Shown: one piece after another, positions 1 through 13,702 of the stretch | How positions within the stretch are numbered: the stretch's first letter is position 1 | How the letters are laid out: each line of letters begins with the position of its first letter | Made by a program: the position numbers and the translations under genes | The notes under the pieces: model-generated | What the model saw: the letters and a program-made list of their open reading frames with translations, nothing else | Told to the model about the DNA's origin: nothing | Database searches by the model: none | Origin: Octopus vulgaris | Lineage: Eukaryota | Assembly: GCA_951406725.2 (NCBI GenBank) | Contig: OX597835.1 | Location: forward strand, 10,974,001 to 11,038,000 | DNA: 64,000 bases | Direction of reading: 5' to 3'

Positions 1-131
1 CCTGCCGGAGCCTCGTGGAGCTTTAGGTGTTTTCGCTCAATAAACACTCACAACGCCCGGTCTGGGAATCGAAACCGCGATCCTATGACCGCGAGTCCAC
101 TGCCCTAACCACTGGGCCATTGCGCCTCCAC
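1..131 (-). mobile_element. tRNA-derived SINE head (family C), cut by the window edge
   Basis: Minus strand GTGGAGGCGCAATGGCCCAGTGGTTAGGGC...GGTTTCGATTCCC has Pol III A- and B-box-like motifs. Near-identical to 37050-37180. Confidence 0.85.
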
Positions 132-300
132 AAATGCAACATAATGAAGAGTAAAAAAAACAATTGAAACCAAAAGTTCCATAGAATAGACCAATTCTGC
201 AGACACCATTTCTGCAGACCATGTTGTCATGGAAACCAAAACAATTCCTTAGATAAGGATAGAGTTGTTGATAAAAAAGGAAACTTTTCAACCAAATTAC

Positions 301-474
301 CTGTTCTGCCATCATTGAATGCTATCATCTGACCTTTCGGATGATGTGGGTTATACCAAATGATAAATTCCTTCAAGACATCATCATAGACTGTGTCTTT
401 GGTTATAATATCAATTGGAGACTGGTGATTCCCTGCAGCACAAATATTATAGTTTGCATGCCAGGTGTGAATGC
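301..474 (-). CDS. Coding exon 3 of the alpha-CA-domain gene; gene continues beyond the left edge
   Basis: tatttttcag|GC ATT CAC...AGA ACA G|gtaatt, 174 nt, phase 1-1: (G)IHTWHANYNICAAGNHQSPIDIITKDTVYDDVLKEFIIWYNPHHPKGQMIAFNDGRT. Contains the QSPIDI alpha-CA signature, the extracellular-type Cys and an NNGHT-like motif followed by an intron. Confidence 0.95.
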
Positions 475-718
475 CTGAAAAATACGTAAAGGCCCATTGA
501 ATTTATCATTATCATCATCATCATCATCATAATTATTATCATTATTAATATTATTTCTATTGTAGGTACAGGGCTGAAATTTTTGTGGGGTGAAGTAGCA
601 GGATGGGGGTGGGAACTATACTAGAAAGAACTATATATACATATATGAATATGTGTATAAATATATATACATATATATAAATATATATATACATATAAAT
701 GTATATATATATATATGA

Positions 719-823
<105 letters not shown>

Positions 824-999
824 TATTTACACAAATACATATTCACTCACACACACATACACAATCAGATGCCAAATGAATTCAGCAGTTTGTTTGCTAG
901 CTAATTAGTGCTCAAGTGGTTGATAGCATATTTAATATACTTGGATGAAAATATTAATGTAGGATCAAATTAGCCTTCAGTTTGATTCAATGCATTACT

Positions 1000-1061
<62 letters not shown>

Positions 1062-1164
1062 GTCTACTTTACATCATTATTGATTTCACTAATTCAATCA
1101 ACAACATCCCACTATCTTATAAAAGCAAGTAAAATATATTGAAATGATAAGACCAGCAGTAAGA

Positions 1165-1179
1165 ATAATAATAATAATG

Positions 1180-1215
<36 letters not shown>

Positions 1216-1515
1216 GTAATAATAATAATAATAATGATAATAATAATAATATTAATAATAATAATGATGACGATGATGATGATAAAAATAATAATAATGA
1301 TAATAATAATAATAATGATAATAATAATAATAATGATAATAATAATAATAATGATAATGATGATGATAATAATAATAATAATAATAATAGTAATAATAAT
1401 AATAATAATAATAATAGTAATAAAGATAATAATGATAAAAATAATAATAATGATAATAATAGCAATAATAATAAGAATAAGAATGATGATGCTAATAATA
1501 ATAATGATAACAATA

Positions 1516-1547
<32 letters not shown>

Positions 1548-1850
1548 GATGATAATAATAATAATAATAATAATAGTAATAATAATAATAATAATAATAG
1601 TAATAAAGATAATAATGATAAAAATAATAATAATGATAATAATAGCAATAATAATAAGAATGATGATGCTAATAATAATAATAATAATGATAATAATAAT
1701 GATAATAACGATAATAATATTAAGGTGTGGGAAAAATGGCAATATTTATTTTATTTTCTACCCACAAAAATTAAGTAATTTAAACCAAAACAAACATCTT
1801 ACAATTTTATTAGAGACATGGAAAAGAATAAAGGAAAAAAAAAATAACGA

Positions 1851-1898
<48 letters not shown>

Positions 1899-1925
1899 AA
1901 GAAAGAGAGAGAAAGAGAGAGAGAG

Positions 1926-1986
<61 letters not shown>

Positions 1987-1990
1987 AAAG
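1165..1990. repeat. (ATA)n array with an internal ~183-bp higher-order duplication, then a (GAAA)n/(GA)n tract, in intron 2
   Basis: Direct reading. The variant landmark taaagat recurs at 1421 and 1604. Confidence 0.9.
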
Positions 1991-2066
1991 GAGTGTGGGA
2001 ATGGAGGAAAGAGAATGAAAGAGAATGAAAGAGAAATATATTAATAAAAAAACAATAATACCTTAC

Positions 2067-2102
2067 CTACTTCTCCTTCGTAATGCCAGTCATAATATTT
2101 AG
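2067..2102 (-). CDS. 36-nt coding micro-exon 2 of the alpha-CA-domain gene ((A)KYYDWHYEGEV(G))
   Basis: Strong acceptor (ttttcttttcttctttttttttcttttaattatttctccag|) and donor (AG|gtaagg), phase 1-1. Encodes the W-x-Y-x-G-x-x-G N-terminal motif of alpha-CAs and joins in frame to the QSPIDI exon. Confidence 0.9.
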   Translation of the reverse strand, partial: LNIMTGITKEK

Positions 2103-2220
2103 CTGGAGAAATAATTAAAAGAAAAAAAAAGAAGAAAAGAAAAATTATTGGTTGTTCAGCAGGTTAAACATAAATAAATATGTAAACATTTTCTTAATAA
2201 TTTTGCAATTTTTCATGTCC

Positions 2221-2251
<31 letters not shown>

Positions 2252-2468
2252 CAAATATATTGCCTCGTTTTTCTCTTCTTATATTTTGAAATACATTCAC
2301 ACAAACACACACACACACACACGCACACACACACACACACACGCAAGGACATGTACACATAGATATAAATTGCAAGTGATTTCACTTGGACTTACCAGGC
2401 TTAAAATTTACAAACACACTCTGTAGCTTAGTATTTTTACAATGTGTGTGTATATGCATATATGTATG

Positions 2469-2542
<74 letters not shown>

Positions 2543-2676
2543 GAGTTTTATATATATAGAGAGAGTGCGAGAGAGATACATATACATATATTTATATGTA
2601 TACATATATATATACATACAAATATATGTATCACAAGCATTCATATATACACCACCCACACACATATATATGTATA

Positions 2677-2754
<78 letters not shown>

Positions 2755-2817
2755 GTACATATATGTACACAAGCATTCATATATACACCACCCACACACA
2801 TATAATATGTATATGTG

Positions 2818-2861
<44 letters not shown>

Positions 2862-3143
2862 CATACATACATATGCGCACACATGTATATGTTATCCTCC
2901 CCCCTACACTCCTGTACTTTGACTTCAACTTTGTCATCAGAGGAAGTAGAACAGAATTTTTTTGATTATTATAAGAAATAAACAACACACTTCAAAAAAC
3001 ACAAATGGACTCCAATATTCTACAGAGACAGGGAGAACGGAATCCTTTGAGCAAAATTTGCCATAAAATACAAAATAAAATATACTCACTTTACACAGGT
3101 AAAACTCTCTTGAGAACAATTATATATTCTTCAATATTATATT

Positions 3144-3176
<33 letters not shown>

Positions 3177-3239
3177 GTGTGTATGTGTTTGTATATATAT
3201 TTATATATATATGTATATATATATATATGTATATATATG

Positions 3240-3279
<40 letters not shown>

Positions 3280-3390
3280 AATAGATGAGTGTATTTTTAC
3301 CTTGTAACAATTAACACGGAAAATTAAATAAATAGTTACCAGGGTAGCAAAAATCCCACAAGTAAAGATGTTTTAACTCCTTGTTTATAC

Positions 3391-3447
<57 letters not shown>

Positions 3448-3858
3448 TGTATATATATAAAGTGAGAATTTACAAAAAAAAAAAACAAAAGACGAAGACG
3501 GGTGTGTAAACAACAAACAGATGTATTAGCTTAACACTCAGGAAGTGATATATATTATATATATAAATGTATGTGTATTTTTTCAATATGTACAAATAAC
3601 ATGGAAAAAATAAATAGTTAACAGGGTAGCAAAAATTCACATGAGTACCTAGGTAGATATTCCAGGGTTAAGTGAAATGTTGTTGCATAACTTAGGTAAA
3701 TTATGAAATGGAATGAAACACAGGTGCTATTCAAATCGTTATACTTCCAATATATGTTTCGATGAAAGCATTGATATTATTCCGGAGGGAATAATGATGT
3801 AAGTGATGTAAAACAATGCAATCATCTCATCAGGGGAAAAAAAGAGAAACAAAAGAGA

Positions 3859-3898
<40 letters not shown>

Positions 3899-3985
3899 TG
3901 TGTGTATGTATATAAAAAAAACAGAAATGACACAAGTATATATTATTAGGAACTGTGTAAAAAATCTCGAAATATTTTGTGTATT

Positions 3986-4407
3986 CTTTTACTCTCTTTT
4001 ACTCTTTTACTTGTTTCAGTCATTTGACTGTGGCCATGCTGGAGCACCGCCTTTAGTCGAGCAAATCGACCCCAGGACTTATTCTTTGTAAGCCTAGTAC
4101 TTATACTATCGGTCTCTTGTGCCGAACCGCTAAGTTACGGCGACGTAAACACACCAGCATCGGTTGTCAAGCGATGTTGTGGGGACAAACACAGACATAC
4201 AAACATATATGTACACACATACATATATATATACACATATATATGATGGGCTTCTTCCAGTTTCCATCTACCAAATCCACTCACAAGGCTTTGGATGAAC
4301 GAGGCTATAGTAGAAGACACTTGCCCAAGGTACCACGCAGTGGGACTGAACCCGGAACCATGTGGTTGGTAAATGAACTACTTACCACACAGCCACTCCT
4401 ACACCTA
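3986..4407 (-). mobile_element. Full-length SINE family A (tRNA-like head, CORE-like CCTTGGGCAAGTG segment, internal microsatellite, (GAGTAAAA) tail)
   Basis: Collinear with many other copies in the window. Flanked by a 42-bp direct repeat (3944-3985 / 4408-4449). Confidence 0.9.
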
Positions 4408-5326
4408 TATTAGGAACTGTGTAAAAAACCTTAAAATATTTTGTGTATTGTAGAAATATATCCAATTTATTGCTCACAATTATTAAGAACAAAATTTTAT
4501 ATGGACCCTTAAGGGTCATATGAACCCTGGTTGCGTATCATTGGGTTTGACAGATCATCATAATTTGAATCAGTCCTTACTGTTTTATTGCCATCCTAAA
4601 TAGGTCTGAGAATCATTTGGATGTTAGATTTTTGGCATGCTTTCCCTAGCACTTTGCATAGTGTATTGAGTGCAGAATGACAAGGCCTCTGTACCATACA
4701 TTGTGACATTACAGAGAGTACTCGTGCCACACCTTCTGATTACCTCAGTCACTCTATCTGTCCATTTCTTTTCCAAATAACATATCTACTACATCTAAGC
4801 CACTGCTGTTACTCCCCCACCCGCAGACAATTTGTACCTGTTTTCCTTATCTGCTACGTGTTTAGCTGAAGTACCCCTCCACCTTATCTCGTGCACACAA
4901 CCCACGTCTTACCTCTTCTGTTGTAACAATTCTATAAATCCCCACCTCCCTTTTCCTGGTCTGTACTTCATTGTGCCAACATTGATTACGTCAGCTCGGA
5001 AGTTTGGTATCTGATTCTGGGAAAAGATTTGGTTGTGGAGTTTTGTTTGGCTAGTATCTGAATGGAAGATACACATCTATGCTTATTTGGATGTGCATGC
5101 GTATGTGTGTGTGTATACTTATATGTATGTTTATGCACATTTATGTGTCTATGTAAGTGTGTATACTTATATAAGTATGTGTGCATATTTATATGTGCAA
5201 GTATGTGTAAACATTTATATGTAATGTGTATGCATATTTATGTATGTATGTGTGCATGTACATATGTATGTATGTGTATGCATTTATATATTTATATATA
5301 TATATATATATGTAAACTTCTGTATG

Positions 5327-5450
<124 letters not shown>

Positions 5451-5585
5451 GTAAATGTAAACTTCTGTGTGTATATATATGGATATTTATATGTGTTTCG
5501 TGTTTGCGACTGGTACAATACACACACCAACACACATGCATTTTAGAACAAATGGCACACACATACACATGTATGAATGTGTGTG

Positions 5586-5623
<38 letters not shown>

Positions 5624-6474
5624 CCCCTCCCACATACATTTATGCTTGTGCTTCTCTTTTCGAAGGAAGACAGCTAAAATTTCATTTTAACCCTTTCTAT
5701 TTGTGTACGAGCCAAAATATTACATATTAAATATGCGCACACATGCGCACATACACACACACACACACAGATGCACATACACGCACGCTTGTGCACGCAA
5801 GGCATTGACATGCATGTGCACTTGCACTTCTCTCATTTGTTCACTGCATCTTTGTCTTCTTCTTCAATAATTCTTGCTGCACTCTTTTACTACTGTGTTG
5901 TCGCATGTATCCGTGAGCATGCGTCGTGCACCTCATATTTATTAAGCTGCATTCAGGGGTCACATGTACCTTAAACCTCATATGCACTGTTAGTTACAGT
6001 GTGGCCTTTAACACAAATGTGCAGAATATATTTCTTATAGTCGTGCAGTTTCTAAAAGAAAGCGCAAAACTAATTGTAATTCAGTGCTTGCTGCTTAAGA
6101 ATGCACATACGTGCACGTGCACACAGATAGGCTACGGGGGGGAAAGAGGGGTAAGTTAAAGATGGAGAGAAAGAGTGAGAGAGAGATGGATGGACTGTGT
6201 TAGAGACAAATGTTTCACGCACTCACGCACACACGCAGATACACGCACTCGCAGAAATTGTTGCTGCAAAATCAACAAATGCAGGCGTTAAAAAAAAAAT
6301 AAATAAATGCACGCGTCTTCTGCAATGCACTTTTTCACTCTCTCACTTTCTGAATTATTAATTCTAATTTATGCAACGATTCCTTCCTTGCTTCTCTGCT
6401 GCCACCCTCTCTCTATTTTCAGTCCTGCTCTATGTACCCAGATATATATACATATGGGTATATATATACATATG

Positions 6475-6513
<39 letters not shown>

Positions 6514-6577
6514 ACATGTATATGTGTCTATATATATATATATATATTTATATACACTTATTTATATATATATATGT

Positions 6578-6978
6578 ATACTCTTTTACTTGTTTCAGTC
6601 ATTTGACTGCGGCCATGCTGGAGCACTGCCTTTAGTCGATCAAATTGACCCCTGGACTTATTCTTTGTAAGCCTTGTACTTATTCTATCGGCCTCTTTTG
6701 CCGAACCGCTAAGTTACGGTGACATAAACACACCAGCATCGGTTGTCAAGCAATGCTAGTGGGACAAACACAGACACACAAACATATACACACACATACA
6801 TATTTATATATACATATATATATGACGGGCTTCTTTCAGTTTCCATCTACCAAATCCACTCACAAGGCTTTGGTCGGCCTGAAGCTATAGTAGACGACAC
6901 TTGCCCAATATGCCACACAGTGGGACTGAACCCAGAACCATGTGGTTAAGCAAGCGACTTACCACACAGCCACTCCTG
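6578..6978 (-). mobile_element. SINE family A, full length
   Basis: Same head, body and tail as 3986-4407. Confidence 0.9.
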
Positions 6979-7359
6979 TATATATATATATATATATATG
7001 TTTATATCCACTTACATACATACATACGTATATATATATATATATATATATATGTGTATGTATGTATGTATGTATGTATGTATGTATGTATGTATATGTA
7101 TGTATGTATATATATATTTTTATATATATTATGTATATATATGTATATATATGTATATATATGTATATATATGTATATATATGTTTATATATATTTATAT
7201 ATATATATATATTTACATATATATATATATATCCACTTACATATACATATATATATGTGTGTGTGTGTGTGTATATGTATATATATATATTTGTATAACT
7301 TGCATATATATATGCATATATATAAATATATATATATATATGTACATAAGTACACACAA

Positions 7360-7407
<48 letters not shown>

Positions 7408-7791
7408 CTTCACTGGTAATTATGAAGATGTTGTAGACTGCCATGTACTAGAATCGATGGACGTCTTGCAGAGTTGAAGCATTTCCTGTTGAAGGCATGT
7501 TGTGAAGAATGGAGGCTTATCTCTGATAAGAACAATAGTTTGGTTTTGGCTTCTTGATTTGTTTTCTTTCTTTTTCTTTTTTTTTTTTTTGTTTTCGGTT
7601 GAAAGATACCTAATAAATATATAAATACATTTATTCTGGGAAGCTTTTAAGTTTTGGAATTGTTTCACAAATGGAAATTCTTTAACCAAGTTCTTGAGAA
7701 AAAGAAAAACAGCAACAAAGCAACAATGACATAGACACAACAGTAACTACTACTACTACTTCTACTACTACTACTGCTGCTGCTGCTGTTG

Positions 7792-7841
<50 letters not shown>

Positions 7842-8364
7842 GCCACTATCTCAGGTGCACTAGCATGGAAAAAGTGACAAACTTCAAAAAAAGAGTAGAA
7901 CCATCCTACATGTGTATATGTACATACACATGTTGCAAAACCACGCATTAGTATACCGTGTGTGAGTGTGCATCATTCAAAGGCTAAAACAATGCAAAAA
8001 TGTATTGTGACCAGTGATATATAACACCATCTGATTGATCTGGTCGATCACGTGATCACATGGTCACATGATATATAACGTGTGTGTGTGTGGTGGGATA
8101 TAGTGAAGGCATTTGGACTAGTGGTTAGGTTGTTGGGCTGACAATCATAAGGTCACTGGTTCAGTCCCTGAATTGGGTGGCACACTGTCCAAACATTTTA
8201 ACGCCCTCTATTGCGTTTTTGTTCCATTTTTATATTCATATTTATATATATATTTACAAGCACACACACACACACTCACTCACATGCACACATACACACA
8301 TTATTCTTTAACAAGCATACTATTTGACAGTGATGTTGAATTTTCAGCCAGCTGAGCTAATATC

Positions 8365-8595
<231 letters not shown>

Positions 8596-8765
8596 GTTTC
8601 TTTATTAGCCACACAGGGCTGCACACAGACGGGACAGATTACAAAGTAGAGCTTTTCTTTATGGGGAGAAAAAAAGTGGGGGAGGTTTTCGATAAAAAGG
8701 CATCGTAAAAGGAAAAGAAAAGGAAAAAAAAAGAAAAAAGATCAATAGGGATCGTGTATCACAGT
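8596..8765 (-). mobile_element. 3' end of a non-LTR retroelement inserted in (GATA)n
   Basis: Minus strand ends ...tgtcccgtctgtgtgcagccctgtgtggctAATAAAgaaa, resembling one tail type of SINE family B. Confidence 0.5.
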
Positions 8766-9246
8766 ATGTCATGATAGACTGATAGACAGATAGCCCGACA
8801 GACAGATAGACAGATAGAGAGAGAGAGAAAAACATCGCTGGAACTCAGCTGCTATAGAGCAGGTCCACAGGTGGCAGACAACAGAATGGTCTTTTGACAG
8901 ATACAGAAGTCACCTTTGAAATCCTTAGCTTAATGGCTAATTAGCAATTGTGCTGCAACAAGGCAGGTGAAGGTTGTCCTCAGATGGACCCTCCATCTGT
9001 GTATGGACCAGGTAGATGTCGTCCTCTCCTGATCCAGGTGTCATGTCTTTGACGTTGCATTGAGCTAAGTGCATAAGCATGAGAAAGGTTACCGTGTCTT
9101 TCCGTGAATTTGCGTTTTCACCTGAAACCCGAGTGAAGATATTGATGTATCAGAATGGAAATCTTTTCTGCAGCACTGTCATACTTCATTGTAAGTAATG
9201 TGCTGTACGCACATACACGCAAGCATAAAGTAAAGTAGATGTTGAC

Positions 9247-9285
<39 letters not shown>

Positions 9286-9687
9286 CTCTCTCTCCCTATC
9301 ACACTCTCTCTCTCTATTTATATATGTATGTATGTGTATATGTGTACACACACATATATACATGCAGCTAACTCTGAAAAGTAGACATTGAGATTTATAG
9401 ATATATATATATATATATGTGTGTGTGTATGTATTTATGTATGTATTTACTCATGGGTGTACATGTACATACATAATATACATACATACATACAATCATA
9501 CGCACATACATGCTTACATGCATGCGTATGTCTGTAAATATATATATATGTATATATATATATAATATGTATATATGTGTGTGTGTATATATATATATGT
9601 AAATATGTATATATATGTATGTATATGTATATATATGTGTGTGTGTGTGTGTGTATATGTATATATATGTATGTACATGTATATATA

Positions 9688-9718
<31 letters not shown>

Positions 9719-9760
9719 GTGTGTGTGTGTATATACATATTCATATATTTATATTTATAC

Positions 9761-9811
<51 letters not shown>

Positions 9812-9815
9812 TATG

Positions 9816-9853
<38 letters not shown>

Positions 9854-10197
9854 TATGTATATATATATATATATGTAAATGAGCAGAAAAAGAATTAATA
9901 AGTATTCAAATAGTTTTCCATTTCTACTTTTGACGTTTTATTATTGACTTACGGAATGAATCCGAATGTTCTTGCATGCCACGAATGCAAACCGATCATC
10001 CATTCCGCCATTCAACTTAATACATTATCTTAAATCTATGCAACAAATGTTTCTGTCTTCGTTGTTTGTTTTCTTATTATTATTTTGTTTGTATTGTTTT
10101 CTCTTCCAATTTACATTAGCGTGGATAATGTTAAAGTCATGTTTGGTGGTGTTGAGCAACGAATATATTCTTCATTCTCTCTTTTATATATAAAGGA

Positions 10198-10594
10198 CTA
10201 GCAGTATCGCCCGGCGTTGCTCGGGTTTGTAAGGGAAATAACTATATAAGCATTTTTAGAGATGTAAATTATAATAGCCATCTCAATATGGCTAACCACA
10301 AAGGGTGGGGTGTTACTGTAGCTTTTTACGTTCTGAGATTTAATAATAGATTTTTAGAGAGTTACTTCCCTTATATATGCCAAAAATGCATTAAAAATCG
10401 GAAAAATTGATGGTAAATTTTTTTTTAAATCGTAGACTCATCGTAGACGCGTGCTAATACCCAGAAGGGCTCGATACGAATCACGACTATAAGATACCCG
10501 GTTTTGGTTAAACTGCACCGCAAAATGTGGGAGTAGTTAGGAATCTAAATCGTAGGAGACAGACAGCACATAACCTTACTTTTATATATAAAGA
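10198..10594 (-). mobile_element. Non-autonomous Helitron (~397 bp)
   Basis: Minus strand starts TCTTTATATATAAAAG and ends with a GC hairpin CCCGAGCAACGCCGGG followed by CTAG. Inserted between A and T. Confidence 0.85.
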
Positions 10595-10887
10595 TTTGTT
10601 TGGTTTTCTCTTTGTTTGTTTGTTTGTATTTTTGCATTGTTGCGAAATCAGAAATTTGTAGTTGATTTAATCGCTCATGCTATTTATTTCATCCAATTTC
10701 TTTGACTCTGGAAAGATGGATTCCAATGTCAACATTGGATTGATTTAAAGTTTGAATGATGAATAACAAAAATATTAAAGTAAAGCACTTAGTCTGGTGC
10801 TTTATGTGCAAAGTCAGGTTAGCCAAACATTGTCGAGGCCTGACATTGTCATATGCTCTGAGGGGTGGGTGTGTTTCTTTTGCTTTT

Positions 10888-11408
10888 CTAACTAGAAGGG
10901 GTATGGCCTGGTCAGCCTGTAATGATATGCATAAGATCTGGTCATCAAATCTAAGTAGAGATTTCAAGCTTAAAATCTTCAAAGCCACAGTCGAACCAAT
11001 TCTACTATATGGCTCAGAAACCTGGACGTTATCAAAGAAGCTTGAGAGGCCGTTGGATGGAACTTACACTCGCCTCCTTACGAGAGCTCAAAATCTCTCA
11101 TGGAAGCGTCATCCAACCAAAGTACAAATATATGGGAAATTACCACCTGTGTCATCTCTTGTGAAAGGTAAGAGAGTCCAGTTTGCTGGACATTGTTGTA
11201 GAGCTGAAAACGAAGTAATTTCTACTCTTCTTCTCTGGAAGCCATCTGCTTGCGATACCAGAGGGCGCACACTCTCCTACCCTGATGTAATCTCCATGGA
11301 TACAGGCATCCAGCAACAGGACCTCTGTAATGCTATGATGGACCATGAAATCTGGTGTAACATAGTAAATTCCATTGTCACGACCACGGTCGAACAATGA
11401 TGATGATT
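10888..11408 (+). mobile_element. 5'-truncated RTE-clade LINE (C-terminal region after the RT domain)
   Basis: Open frame ...KIWSSNLSRDFKLKIFKATVEPILLYGSETWTL...QFAGHCCR...RGR...MMDHEIW ending at TGA with a (TGA)n tail, typical of RTE-type ORF ends. Confidence 0.9.
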
Positions 11409-12618
11409 CTTTTTCTTAATATCCACATCTTCTACATGCTTCCATGGGTCAGGCAGAAAGTGTCAAGGCAACTTTCTTACAACTGGATGCCTTTCCCATC
11501 ACCAACCCTCACATTGTTTCCAAGCAAGGTAATATTTCCGCATGGCAGACATATTTCTCAATGAAGACAGGAAATGAATGACAACTACTAAGATCTGGTC
11601 GAGAGAAAGTTTGATGGTTCTGGCGATTTCCAGTTAAGGTTAACTGCAGGAGGTTTCTAGTTCCAGTTGCTGTGGAAGAGTCTGAGAGAACTGGGAGTTT
11701 CAGAAAGGAAGAGGAAGACAGTTGCTTGCCCGTTGGTGGAAGCAATGGAAAGAGTTCCTTACTCACTCTGGAACAAGTAGGAGTTCATCTGGAAGTCAGG
11801 AGAAGGTGAGCAGTAATGGCCATCACTGCAGATCTTCCAACTGGAGAAGATATAGTAGTTTAGGGTTAAAAACCTCCAAAGAAATTTGAATATCACCTAA
11901 GGACTGCTTCTCCTGGCAAAAAGCCACATTGATAATTGTGTAAGTGAATCTGATTGCATCTCTTTTCAATGTATTTAATAGTAGTAGCTAGCCTTAATCC
12001 TCAATAAACTCTCAGCTTTATTAACCTGGGACCATGTGTTCCCAGTCCTAAACTTAACATTTGTATTCTGTTCCTTTGCAATAATTAAAGAAGCTGACCA
12101 AAGTGAAAATTCCAATAAAAGGCTTCTTATCAGTCTTGATGTGTTCTGTAATCAAGTATAACTGATTAATCAAGTATAACTGATTAATGTTCATCAATAA
12201 CCGATCGTGCAATAGGACGTGTTGATGTATTAATATGACCTGGGTGGATAAGATGAATAATATGGATCTAAATGAATTTGAACATGACAATGAGGAATGA
12301 TATGATGAGATATGGCGAATGTGTGAGGATATGTCAGGTGATAATTTAAAACAGGTAGATATATATATATGGATGCATGTAAAATGCAATGCTTAGCAGA
12401 TGCATAATGTGAAAGCACACCTCCAACGCAGGTTCTATGAAGTGCCACTCTAATGTTTCAAAAGGCAAATATTATGTAAATTTTTGCACAGAACTTTTGT
12501 GTGAATTGGTGTCAAAAACAGAGTGGGTGCAGAAACAATTGTGACTGGTCATTAAAGGTGGGATAAGCTCTACTTCTTTTTTTTTTTTTTTTTTGGCTTC
12601 TTAATTGGATTATATGTT

Positions 12619-12847
12619 TTCTTATTACCCACAAGGGGCTAAACATAGAGGGGACAAACAAAGATAGACAAACGAATTAAGTCGATTACAACGACCCCAG
12701 TGTGTAACTGGTACTTAATTTATCGACCCTGAAAGGATGAAAGGCAAAGTCGACCTCGGCGGAATTTGAACTCAGAACGCAGCGGCGGATGAAATACCGC
12801 AAAGCATTTCGCCCGGCGTGCTAACGGTTCTGCCAGCTTGCCGCCTT
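12619..12847 (-). mobile_element. SINE family B (head GGCGGCAAGCTGGCAGAA, core GCCTTTCATCCTTTC), full length with TSD
   Basis: 15-bp direct repeat attggattatatgtt at 12604-12618 and 12848-12862. Confidence 0.9.
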
Positions 12848-13702
12848 ATTGGATTATATGTTGCTTAAGACAGAACCTCTTGACAGATGATGACGTCATC
12901 TTTGATCCTTAGGGGTTGTCTTGATGGCGTTGGCAGGCCCTCTCGTGGCTGAAAAGGCTGATTCTGGAGGCACATGTCTGATTACACTGAAAGCGGTGAA
13001 GAGGGTTCCGATGAAGATGAGCTCATCTAGGATTTTGCTGACGTTCCTTGAGCTGTCTCTGCTTGGATTGTATGAATGGATATTTAATATAAACCAGAAA
13101 TGGGAAAGAAACTGAACCTTAAAAAAAATAACTAGATTTAGTCATTGTTTGTATCATTTTTGTGAAATATTTGGTTAAAGGGTACAGGTTGCTGCTGCTG
13201 CTGCTGCTGTTGTTGTTGTTTAGGCCCGGTTTCGTCTCAGCTGATCAGACATTTGGCCAAAAAACTCTCCTGCCATGACCACCACATTTTGTTTTAAGGA
13301 ATAAGTATCATGGACAACAATGTCTAGTGTGTTCAGTCCTTTACTTTTTAAAGACACCAACAAGTGATTTGCGAGACTATTGGCTGCCATTTCTGGCAAA
13401 TCAAGTAACTACTTACTGGTTCTTTCTGATGCCGATCAAACTATCATTAACCAAACCTGTCTATGGACATTCATCATAGCCATCCATATTATACCCACAA
13501 CCATCATAACGCAATTATTATATCTACATACGTCATATTAACATTTATCATAGCGATATTCAACGTAACCCAAAATGTCATATTTAAATTTATCATATCC
13601 AAGATATCTCATATCCACATTTACGAGCATGGCTATGATATACAGCCATGTTCATAAACTGACATCATATCCATACTAATATTCCCACACTTTTTTTTTT
13701 TT

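Noticed and set aside
1-131. tRNA gene
   Set aside because: Only the A/B boxes are tRNA-like. It continues into a SINE body and recurs at 36800-37180.
8938-9121. Possible extra minus-strand exon (tttcag|GT GAA AAC...) in intron 1
   Set aside because: Weak pyrimidine tract. The only nearby donor (ACG|gtaacc) is weak and phase 0, incompatible with the phase-1 micro-exon, and exon 1 to exon 2 already gives a clean signal cleavage site.
10756-10887. N-terminal part of the 214-aa ORF as a host gene
   Set aside because: Chance open extension upstream of the 5'-truncated RTE fragment; similarity starts only near TRRGMAW.
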